Origin: Candidatus Delongbacteria bacterium
Lineage (GTDB): Bacteria; CAIWAD01
DNA: 64,000 bases
NCBI GenBank assembly: GCA_963663545.1
Contig: OY760505.1
Span: 2,048,001 to 2,112,000 of the forward strand
Direction: 5' to 3'
Part shown: one piece after another, positions 19,107-27,403 of the stretch
Numbering within the stretch: the first letter of the stretch is position 1
Layout of the letters: each line of letters opens with the position of its first letter
Position numbers and translations under genes: made by a program
Notes under the pieces: generated by a model
The model's database searches: none
Told to the model about the DNA's origin: nothing
What the model saw: only the letters and a program-made list of their open reading frames with translations

Positions 19107-20406
19107 GCATCAAACAGGCAAGGCGCTTTCTCTCGGCGGCTATCCGGTTGCTATTCTGCACGTGGATATGGATGCCTTTTTTGCTGCCATCGAGCAGCGC
19201 GACAATCCGGAATTGCGCGGTAAGCCGGTGATTATCGGTGGAGGTCCGCCTCCATGGCAGAAGCAAGGACCGGAACCGCGGCAGGAAGACAAGCAGGCAG
19301 GACGCGAAGCCCCTTGGTCGCGACGTGGAGTGGTCACTACCTGTTCGTATGAGGCGCGTGCGTTCGGTGTTCACTCAGGAATGCCTATTGTAGAAGCGTG
19401 GCGCTTGTGCCCCAATGGTATTTACATGCCGGGATCACATGGGAAATACGGTGATGCGTCACGCAGGGTAATGTCGGTGCTGGAACGCTTCAGTCCAGAC
19501 GTTGAGCCGGTAAGCGTAGATGAAGCATTCATCGATGTGACACATAGCCAGTATCTGTTTGGAAATCCGTGGGCAATTGCGCGCTCCATACAGCGTCAGG
19601 TCAAGGAAGAAACAGATCTGACGTGCTCGGTAGGCATCGGCGGGCATCGTCTATTAGCCAAAATGGCCTCGAAAATGCGCAAACCGGCGGGGATCTTTGA
19701 GATTCCTGCGGAACGCGCCAGGGAAATTTTCGCGCCCATGCCGGTGCTGAAAATGCATGGTATTGGGCCGTCAACGGCCAAGGCGCTGCAGAAGCTTGGC
19801 ATACATACGCTGGGTGAACTGGCTGAGTATCCCGACCGTGTCCTGGTGGAACACTTTGGTCCTGCAGGCGCACGTTCCTTGAAGATGCGAGCGCGGGGTG
19901 AAGGTGGGCGTGTAACTCGTCCTTTTGGAAACAAAGATGTGGAGAAATCTATCGGGCACGAACGCACCTTTGGGCGCAATATCACCACCATGGAATCCCT
20001 CGAAGCGGAATTGCTGGATCTGGTGGAGCGCGTTTGTCGTCGCATGCGGGCGGGTGGATATATCGGTACCCTTGTGAATTTGCGATTGCGCGACGCCGAG
20101 TTCGTCACGCTACATCGTCAGGCTCCGCTTTCCGAGCCAGGGAGTTGCGAGAGCCAGATCTTTGACACGGCGCGTCTTCTACTTCGACAGAATTGGGTTT
20201 GTGGCAGCCCTGTACGGCTACTGGGAGTTTCTGTTGGGCGTCTGTTGCCTGCTGGTGACGGTAACACCCAAGGACACCTGTGGTTTGGCGAACAGAGATG
20301 CAAAGAGGCGGCAATTGGAACCGCGATGGATGAACTACAGGGACGCTGGGGAAGTCGCTTGGTCAGTAGGTGTTCGGCTGCTATGCGTCACAAGGTGCGA
20401 AAATAA
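19087..20406 (+). CDS. dinB: DNA polymerase IV (Y family)
   Basis: ILHVDMDAFFA, SYEARAFGV, SVDEAF, LAKMAS, KSIGHERTF; GGAG 7 nt before GTG 19087. Confidence 0.94.
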   Translation: MSAWLDEHQTGKALSLGGYPVAILHVDMDAFFAAIEQRDNPELRGKPVIIGGGPPPWQKQGPEPRQEDKQAGREAPWSRRGVVTTCSYEARAFGVHSGMPIVEAWRLCPNGIYMPGSHGKYGDASRRVMSVLERFSPDVEPVSVDEAFIDVTHSQYLFGNPWAIARSIQRQVKEETDLTCSVGIGGHRLLAKMASKMRKPAGIFEIPAERAREIFAPMPVLKMHGIGPSTAKALQKLGIHTLGELAEYPDRVLVEHFGPAGARSLKMRARGEGGRVTRPFGNKDVEKSIGHERTFGRNITTMESLEAELLDLVERVCRRMRAGGYIGTLVNLRLRDAEFVTLHRQAPLSEPGSCESQIFDTARLLLRQNWVCGSPVRLLGVSVGRLLPAGDGNTQGHLWFGEQRCKEAAIGTAMDELQGRWGSRLVSRCSAAMRHKVRK

Positions 20407-20411
20407 GAGGC

Positions 20412-20696
20412 TTAGTTGCTGGCCTCGGGCTGATTCGCCTCGGTCTCTCGCGCGGAAACCGGGAAAGACTCGTTGGCATGACCATTGAAGCTGAGTGGGA
20501 TGGGATGATCCTCGTCCTCTGCGAGCTTTGTCGCCATTCGCTCTTCAAGCTCTGCGTGCAACATTGCTGTTCCCGAAAGGATTAGCTTGATCGCCTCCGG
20601 GTTGGCTCCTTCTTGCAGCAGAGTGCTGGCGGCATTGTTCAGTCGAATCAATGCGTCGGCAAAAGTGCGGTAGCGAATGAGGTCTTGTTTTTCCAT
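20412..20696 (-). CDS. Hypothetical protein
   Basis: 94 aa helical-looking ORF with GGAG RBS; fills the gap convergent on dinB. Confidence 0.6.
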   Translation of the reverse strand: MEKQDLIRYRTFADALIRLNNAASTLLQEGANPEAIKLILSGTAMLHAELEERMATKLAEDEDHPIPLSFNGHANESFPVSARETEANQPEASN

Positions 20697-20925
20697 TTCT
20701 CCAGTACCAGTCCGGTTTCTCTTTCTGATTCAGCAAGATCCGTACCATTCACAAATGATGGTCTTAGTTTGTTGTTTCTATGCGAGATAAAGGAATTGTT
20801 GTGGGTCAAAATCGTCACCAAGGTTGTTCAAGAACCGTCATCCTTGTGGAAAGACAAGTTGACATGGGCAAAAAACCTCATTCTCCTCTAACTTGGCAGG
20901 GACAATATTTATCCAGATAACCCAT

Positions 20926-22746
20926 ATGGGGACACAAGTGCACAAGATCCGTCAGGCACGAACAGCCATCCTGCTACTAGTGGCATTTCTTCTTGCCGTT
21001 TTCTCGTCCGTGATACAGGCGCAGCCGACAGATCGAGACGCGAATCTTCGTAGCAGAGCACTCCAGTTGCGTTCCGCAGGTGATTTCCGAGGTTCCTTGA
21101 ACCTTCTGACTCAACTGTCGGAAAGGCAACCCACAGCCGCCAATTTCAGTGCACTTCTGGATCTGCAGGGTTTGCTCAAGGATCCAGAGGGAGTCGATCA
21201 AACCATCTCTCGATTGACTCCACTAATTCAAGGCTGGCCAGATCATATCCGAAGCCGAGACGACCTGCGTTTGGCGACCTCTGTAGCTGAGGCGATGTAC
21301 CAGACAAATCGCCATCAGGAGGCGGACAGCCTTTGGGAGCTCCTGAAGAAACAAGCAAACAACGAACAGCTGGCGCAGGAGCTATTTTCCAGTTATCGGC
21401 GTGTCCGGCGATATGACCATGCAGAAAACTATGCTATTGAGGTACGCGGCAAATTTAGCCAGCCTGACCTGTGGGCCCTAAACCTGGCATCGATGTATGA
21501 GGAGCAGGGCTTCTGCCAAAAATCATTTGATGAATACAAACTCTACCTCGACAAGGGAAAATCTTCCGCTACGCTAGTTGCGCGACGCTTGTTGATCTTG
21601 GCTGAGAAATGTCGTGATGACGAGGCCTTCTTCGAGCACATGTACAAGTGTGCCTTGGCCGAGGGACGCGGAGTAAAGCCACCTGTGTTACCGTTGCAAG
21701 TAATGGAGGTTCTTGTCCAGACGGGTCATTTCAGGTTATCAATTGAGCTTGCCTGGGCATTGGATAGTGGCGATGGAGCCATTCCATTCTCTTTGGCAAA
21801 GACGCTGGTGGCAGACCACCGCGGAGATTTGGCTTTACTAATCCTGGATAGGCTGCGAGAACGAAAGGACGCTGTGTCACAAGCTCAGGACTTTGCCTTT
21901 CAGCGTGCCCAATCCCTTGCGCTGTGCAATCGGCCCGAGGAGGCCATTTCCGCCTACCAGGAAGTAATTGAGCAGGGCGGCCCCCTTCGCTGGACGGCAG
22001 GTCTGGAGGCGGCGCGGTTACTGCATCGTCCCTTACTTAGGCCGGAAGAGGCGGCGGCTCAGTTGGACGACATGCTGCGACAGGCGGGGCAAACGGAAGC
22101 GCAGCTTCTGCAAATTCGCTTGCTCGGTGGCCTTGAACGCTATCAGGAGGCCCGGGAGCTGCGACAAGGTGCCAGCAGCAGGGCAAGAGGCGAAGCGCAA
22201 GCCGAGCTGGAATTCTTGCAGGTGGAATTGGCCCTGTGGCAGGGTAACCTGAAGGAAGCACGCCTGGCGCTACCAGGCTTTCTACAGAGTCGAAGTCAGC
22301 ATGCGCTCTTTAATGATGCGATCGAGCTGATGGATCTGCTGGCGTTTGCCGCTACAGACTCTCAGACGGTTGTGTTGGCTGGAAAGGCGCGGCGCCTGGC
22401 CTGGCTGGGGCAGACGCGTGCCGCTCTTGATGTGTATCACGAAGCCTCAGCAAGTGGAGGCCCTGCTGCAGAGTGGCTCGATTGGCAGGCCGTTGAGCTC
22501 GCGTGCCGCGAACTGCCACCCGAAGAGGCCATGCTTGTCGTAGACATGTATGCGACGCGGCATTCCGACTCCATCCGCCTGGATCGATTGGCGTGGTACA
22601 GAATCGATTTAATGGAAGCGCAGCACTATCCTGTTCGCGATGTGTTGGCCGCCTGTGAGGAGATGTTGCGGGAATGGCCCGACTCCATTTTACAGGATCA
22701 AATTAGACGCAGGATCCGCAAGCTGGAGGAAAACGGCATTGACTAA
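20926..22746 (+). CDS. Exported tetratricopeptide-repeat-like protein
   Basis: Hydrophobic signal followed by helical A/L/E/R-rich TPR-like repeats; start codon uncertain. Confidence 0.7.
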   Translation: MGTQVHKIRQARTAILLLVAFLLAVFSSVIQAQPTDRDANLRSRALQLRSAGDFRGSLNLLTQLSERQPTAANFSALLDLQGLLKDPEGVDQTISRLTPLIQGWPDHIRSRDDLRLATSVAEAMYQTNRHQEADSLWELLKKQANNEQLAQELFSSYRRVRRYDHAENYAIEVRGKFSQPDLWALNLASMYEEQGFCQKSFDEYKLYLDKGKSSATLVARRLLILAEKCRDDEAFFEHMYKCALAEGRGVKPPVLPLQVMEVLVQTGHFRLSIELAWALDSGDGAIPFSLAKTLVADHRGDLALLILDRLRERKDAVSQAQDFAFQRAQSLALCNRPEEAISAYQEVIEQGGPLRWTAGLEAARLLHRPLLRPEEAAAQLDDMLRQAGQTEAQLLQIRLLGGLERYQEARELRQGASSRARGEAQAELEFLQVELALWQGNLKEARLALPGFLQSRSQHALFNDAIELMDLLAFAATDSQTVVLAGKARRLAWLGQTRAALDVYHEASASGGPAAEWLDWQAVELACRELPPEEAMLVVDMYATRHSDSIRLDRLAWYRIDLMEAQHYPVRDVLAACEEMLREWPDSILQDQIRRRIRKLEENGID

Positions 22747-23989
22747 GCAAGCTGCACTACTTCTGTTGCTCCTGCCCGTTATTGCCATGGGGAAGATCCT
22801 GATTCCTATGGACACTGTGCAGCGTGATCATTTGAAGGCATACGGCATTGCCTGGTGGTCACTGCAGCACGGAGTAAATGTTGAATGGCTACTGAATTAC
22901 CGCGGCGGCAGCTTCATGCTGGATAGTTTTGAGGGGCTTGAACGCGAACTGCGAGTTCGCGGTGTCAGCTACGAGCAGGTCGGCGGCGCGCAGGTCGCCT
23001 CCCTCTACGCAGAGATTGAGAATCAAAACATGGAGCGTGTCCTGCTGGAAATGGCGACGAAGATCGCCATTTATACTCCGCCCACAAGTCAGCCCTGGGA
23101 TGATGCTGTCACCCTGGTGCTTAGTTATGCGGAGATTGAATACACAACCTTATGGGATGAAGAAGTCCTGCGCGGCGACCTGAAGGACATCGACTGGCTG
23201 CATTTGCATCACGAGGACTTCACCGGGCAGTACGGAAAGTTCTATGCCTCGTATCACGGGGCAGAATGGTACCAGCGCCAACAGCGGGAGTTTGAGGAAC
23301 TGGCGACCCGTCTTGGCTTTGCCAAGGTATCACGCGAGAAATTGGCCGTGGCACTGGAGATTCGCGACTATGTTGAAAACGGCGGCTTTCTGTTTGCCAT
23401 GTGCAGTGCAACAGACAGTTACGACATAGCGCTGGCGGCGATGAACACGGATATTTGCGACGAAGTCTTTGATGGCGATCCACCGGCGCCAAATTGTCAA
23501 CAACAATTGGATTACAATCAGTGCCTTGCCTTCAAGGATTTTGTGGTCTACACCGATCCCATGGTGTATGAGTTCTCCGACATCGATGCCTCGCCGGTAA
23601 ATGGACGCAGCGTTCCTCAGGAACAGGACTGGTTCAGCCTTTTTGAATTTTCTGCGAAGTGGGATCCGGTACCCACCATGCTGACCCAGTGTCACACAGG
23701 CCTGATCAAAGGCTTCATGGGGCAATCGACAGCCTTTCACCGCGACAAGATCAAGGATCATGTAATCATTTTGGGCGAAAACGAGCGACTGGGCGAAGTG
23801 CGCTACTTGCACGGTACAGCAGGCAAGGGGAGCTTCTGCTTTTACGGAGGTCATGATCCAGAGGATTACCGGCATATGGTCGGCGACCCTGAAACCCAAC
23901 TCAGCCTGTACCGCAACTCGCCCGGCTATCGGCTCATTTTGAATAACGTGCTCTTTCCCGCTGCCAAGAAGAAGAAGCAGAAGACCTGA
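22739..23989 (+). CDS. Conserved exported protein of a Bacteroidota-type family (often mislabelled asparagine synthetase B), glutamine-amidotransferase-like fold
   Basis: ILIPMD..Q.DHLKAYGI, WLLNYRGGSF, LHLHHEDFTGQYGKFY, FAMCSATD, GGHDPEDY, C-terminal PAAKKKKQKT. Confidence 0.75.
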   Translation: MTKQAALLLLLLPVIAMGKILIPMDTVQRDHLKAYGIAWWSLQHGVNVEWLLNYRGGSFMLDSFEGLERELRVRGVSYEQVGGAQVASLYAEIENQNMERVLLEMATKIAIYTPPTSQPWDDAVTLVLSYAEIEYTTLWDEEVLRGDLKDIDWLHLHHEDFTGQYGKFYASYHGAEWYQRQQREFEELATRLGFAKVSREKLAVALEIRDYVENGGFLFAMCSATDSYDIALAAMNTDICDEVFDGDPPAPNCQQQLDYNQCLAFKDFVVYTDPMVYEFSDIDASPVNGRSVPQEQDWFSLFEFSAKWDPVPTMLTQCHTGLIKGFMGQSTAFHRDKIKDHVIILGENERLGEVRYLHGTAGKGSFCFYGGHDPEDYRHMVGDPETQLSLYRNSPGYRLILNNVLFPAAKKKKQKT

Positions 23990-23991
23990 TC

Positions 23992-26460
23992 ATGACGGCT
24001 GTAAGCAAGACGGCTACAAAACGGCGTCCCTTGCAGTTCGCCGTTGCCGCTTTGTGTCGCCACGCCTTTGCCGAGCAGGGAAATGAAGGCGCAGCCTGGA
24101 TTCCCGGTCGCACACGCCAAGGGCAACAAGCACATCGTCGCGTGCAACAAAATGCGCACGATAAGCACAGCGATTGCTTTAGTGAAATGGAACTGGCCTG
24201 GGAAGGCCGCCTGCTTGATACAGACATCAAATTGACGGGACGCGCCGATCTAGTCTTTGCGGATGGTAGTGTTGAAGAGATAAAAACCCTTCTGCTTGAG
24301 CCGGGACGGTTCAAGCGCTTGAAGGGCAGCGAGTTTCCCTCCCACAGTACCCAGGCCTTACTCTACTCGTGGATGTATCACCCAAGCGAAATCGTAACCG
24401 CCCGGTTGCGTCTGATAAATTTGGCTGATGGTGCCGAGCGCGTCGTTGCGCTGAAGCGTCCGGCAGCCGAGTTGCTAACCTTTCTGGAAGCACAGGTTGC
24501 CGCGGCTGTATCACGGCACGCAGCAGAGCAGGTTGAGGTTGCCAGACGCTGCCAACTGGCCGAAGAGCTGCGCTTTCCCTTCGCAGGATATCGCCCTGGG
24601 CAGCAGGAGTTGATTGAGCAGATCGAACAGGCGTTGACCGAGCGGTCCATTCTTGGTCTCGCCGCTCCGACCGGTACGGGGAAGTCGGTCAGCACTCTGT
24701 TTCCTGCTCTGAAATCCGCGCTGCGTGCTGGCAAACGGGTTTTCTTTTGCACCGCAAAGAACACAGGGCGCCAGGCGGCGCTTGATGTGATACACGCACT
24801 TCGCATGCAGGGGGCTCCATTGACTGCGGTGGCCATGGCGGCCCGTGAAGGCATGTGTCCCTCGGAGGTGTATTTCTGTCATGAAGAACACTGTCCTTTC
24901 CTGGTGGGCATGCAGAAGCGAATGGAAGAAGCGCTTAACGAGGCTCGCAAACATCCCGTCATCACACCCGAAGAGCTTGTCGCGCTAGGCGTGCGCTTTC
25001 GTGTGTGTCCGCACGAACTTGGCCTGAGTCTTTGTGAGACGCGCGATTTACTTGTGGGCGATTACAACTACGTACTTGATCCGCAGGTGCGCATACGCAG
25101 GCTCTTTGTCGAAGGTGATCCTTCGGCCTTTGTCGTTTTAGTAGATGAAGTCCATAACCTGGCTCCGCGGGCGCGTGGCTGGTTTAGCGCCGAGATTTCG
25201 CTGGAACAGCTTGATGAACTGCTTCGCGAGCTTGATACCCGTGATGCACAGGACGGCTTGTTCGAAACCGGACCGCTGACTCGCGTGTATCACGGACTGC
25301 GTCAGGCGGTAGTTCTTCTGCGCGAGATGTGGTTGGATGCAGAGAGCATGTTCGACGACGAGTTTGTCTTTGCTCGTGATCCACGGGAAATCGTACGCAG
25401 CGCTACCTTCGATCTCGACAGGCTGAATCTGGCTCGTGGACGCTATGAGGCGCGCCTGATCGAGTACATGCTACTGTCGGTTGTGATGGGTGTGGCAAGA
25501 CCGCGTGATCCACTGATTCTCTTCTACCGTGACCTCGAGCGCTTTGCCGACCTGGCCGCGCGCCGGGATGAAAGCTTGCGTCAGGTAGTGCGAGTTGGCG
25601 TGGGCGATAGCGCTGGTGAGTTGTGCTTTTCCATTGTTTGTTCCTGGGCCGGGGATTGGGTGAGCGAGCGCATGAGCGAGTTCCACGCCGTCGTCTTGTT
25701 TTCGGCTACGCCCAAGCCCTGGGAGTTTACTCTACGCGAGCTGGGCCTCGACGGTCACCGTCGTTGTGTCACGATAGATGTCCCATCACCTTTTCCACCT
25801 GAAAATCGACTGCTTGTGATACACGAGGGCTTCTCCTCGCGCTTGCGGGATCGTGGATCAGGCATGGAAAATCTGGCGCGCATCGTGTCGGAAGTGTTCG
25901 AGCGGGTCGGCGGAAACACTGCCGTCTTTCTGCCATCCTTTGCGTATCTCCGTGCCTTGCGCAGCGTGCTGCCAAAAAGCCTGCCCTTGCTGGTTCATGA
26001 TGGTGCCATGGAGCCCAAGCTCCGCCAGGCACTGTTGACAAAAATGAGTCGTGGCAGGCCACAGTTGCTGCTATCGGTCATGGGAGGCATATTCGCGGAG
26101 GCCGTGGATTACCCCGGACGCATGCTCGAGGCAGCTATTGTTGTCGGACCAGGTCTTCCGCAGCTTTCTCATGAGCGAGAGTTGGCGCGTTTGTATTACG
26201 ATGGTCAGGGAGATCCCGGCTTCGATTATGCCTATCGATTGCCTGGGTTGTGCCGTGTGTTGCAAGCCGCTGGGCGTGTGATACGTCGTCCTGAAGACCG
26301 GGGTAGCATTCTGTTGCTTTGCGATCGCTTTAATGAATGGGACAACCGGCGCGTGATCGAAGAGTATTACGACGACGCGCCACGTCTTGTGTTTAGTACC
26401 GATGAATTGCTGGAGCTAGTTGCCCGGTTCCATCAGGGCGAGGGGGAAGACAATGCTTGA
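23992..26460 (+). CDS. DinG/XPD-family Fe-S DNA helicase with an N-terminal PD-(D/E)XK nuclease-like domain
   Basis: GRAD...EEIKT; APTGTGKS; Fe-S Cys cluster CP....C...CPF...CP; DEVHN; QAAGRVIR. Confidence 0.88.
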   Translation: MTAVSKTATKRRPLQFAVAALCRHAFAEQGNEGAAWIPGRTRQGQQAHRRVQQNAHDKHSDCFSEMELAWEGRLLDTDIKLTGRADLVFADGSVEEIKTLLLEPGRFKRLKGSEFPSHSTQALLYSWMYHPSEIVTARLRLINLADGAERVVALKRPAAELLTFLEAQVAAAVSRHAAEQVEVARRCQLAEELRFPFAGYRPGQQELIEQIEQALTERSILGLAAPTGTGKSVSTLFPALKSALRAGKRVFFCTAKNTGRQAALDVIHALRMQGAPLTAVAMAAREGMCPSEVYFCHEEHCPFLVGMQKRMEEALNEARKHPVITPEELVALGVRFRVCPHELGLSLCETRDLLVGDYNYVLDPQVRIRRLFVEGDPSAFVVLVDEVHNLAPRARGWFSAEISLEQLDELLRELDTRDAQDGLFETGPLTRVYHGLRQAVVLLREMWLDAESMFDDEFVFARDPREIVRSATFDLDRLNLARGRYEARLIEYMLLSVVMGVARPRDPLILFYRDLERFADLAARRDESLRQVVRVGVGDSAGELCFSIVCSWAGDWVSERMSEFHAVVLFSATPKPWEFTLRELGLDGHRRCVTIDVPSPFPPENRLLVIHEGFSSRLRDRGSGMENLARIVSEVFERVGGNTAVFLPSFAYLRALRSVLPKSLPLLVHDGAMEPKLRQALLTKMSRGRPQLLLSVMGGIFAEAVDYPGRMLEAAIVVGPGLPQLSHERELARLYYDGQGDPGFDYAYRLPGLCRVLQAAGRVIRRPEDRGSILLLCDRFNEWDNRRVIEEYYDDAPRLVFSTDELLELVARFHQGEGEDNA

Positions 26461-27352
26461 TCTCCTGGGCATCGGTCATGTGGCCTTGGATCACATCTAT
26501 CAGGTGTCACACATTCCTGCACCGGACACAAAGATGACGGCCCGACAAGGTCTGGATGCCTGCGGCGGTCCCGTACCCAATGCACTGGGAGCGGCAACGC
26601 GGCTGGGTTTGCGTTGCGGCTTGATGGCCCGTGTTGGCGATGATCTTGCGGGCTGCATGTTGAGGGAAGACCTGCAGAGGCGCGGCGTCGATGTGACACA
26701 CGTTGATGTGAGAAGCGGCCAGCTTACGCCTCAGGCGGTGATCCTGGTTGAAGAAGACCGTGGACAGAGATCGGTAATCTTAAACCGCGCCGGGTTGCCC
26801 GACCAGGAAGCGGAGAGATTGGCGTCCGGGCTTCCTGCTTGCCGCATGCTGCTGGTGGATGGCAAAGAGCCAGCTTCGCTCGAAGGTGCACGTCTGGCTC
26901 AGGCGGCGGGGATTCCCGTTGTGGCCGACTTGGGCGGATTGCGCGATCACCCCGAGGACCTGATTCCTTATGTCAATGTTCTTGCCGTGAGCAAGAATTT
27001 TGTATTACAGCAGTATCCCGACTCCGACCTGCTGGATGTAGCACGCCAGTTGCGCAGCCTTGGACCGAGACTGGTTGTGATTACGCTGGGCGCCGGAGGA
27101 GCCGTCTTCAACGATGGTCACGGCAGCGCATGGTTTCCCGCTTGGCGCCCCGCTAGCGTCGTGGATACTACAGGAGCCGGAGATGTGTATCACGGCGCAC
27201 TGTGTCACGCGCTGCTGAATGGTGCAGAAACGAGTCGAGCACTGGCGCAAGCTGCGGTTGCAGGCGGCTTAGCGTGTACCGAACTAGGTGGCGTCGATGG
27301 CGTTCCCGACCTTGAAGAACTGCTGCGAGAAGTTGATGCCTGGGACTACTGA
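26453..27352 (+). CDS. PfkB/ribokinase-family carbohydrate kinase
   Basis: GGPVPNA..A.RLG, VITLGAGG, DTTGAGD. Confidence 0.92.
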   Translation: MLDLLGIGHVALDHIYQVSHIPAPDTKMTARQGLDACGGPVPNALGAATRLGLRCGLMARVGDDLAGCMLREDLQRRGVDVTHVDVRSGQLTPQAVILVEEDRGQRSVILNRAGLPDQEAERLASGLPACRMLLVDGKEPASLEGARLAQAAGIPVVADLGGLRDHPEDLIPYVNVLAVSKNFVLQQYPDSDLLDVARQLRSLGPRLVVITLGAGGAVFNDGHGSAWFPAWRPASVVDTTGAGDVYHGALCHALLNGAETSRALAQAAVAGGLACTELGGVDGVPDLEELLREVDAWDY

Positions 27353-27403
27353 GCCCGCACCTTCCTACATTTCATGGGTAACGAGAGACCTGCCGGAGCA
27401 TCC

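Noticed and set aside
19103..19231. ATGA-coupled ATG out of frame with dinB, suggesting a frameshifted start
   Set aside because: In-frame GTG 19087 has a GGAG RBS at normal spacing, so no frameshift is needed.
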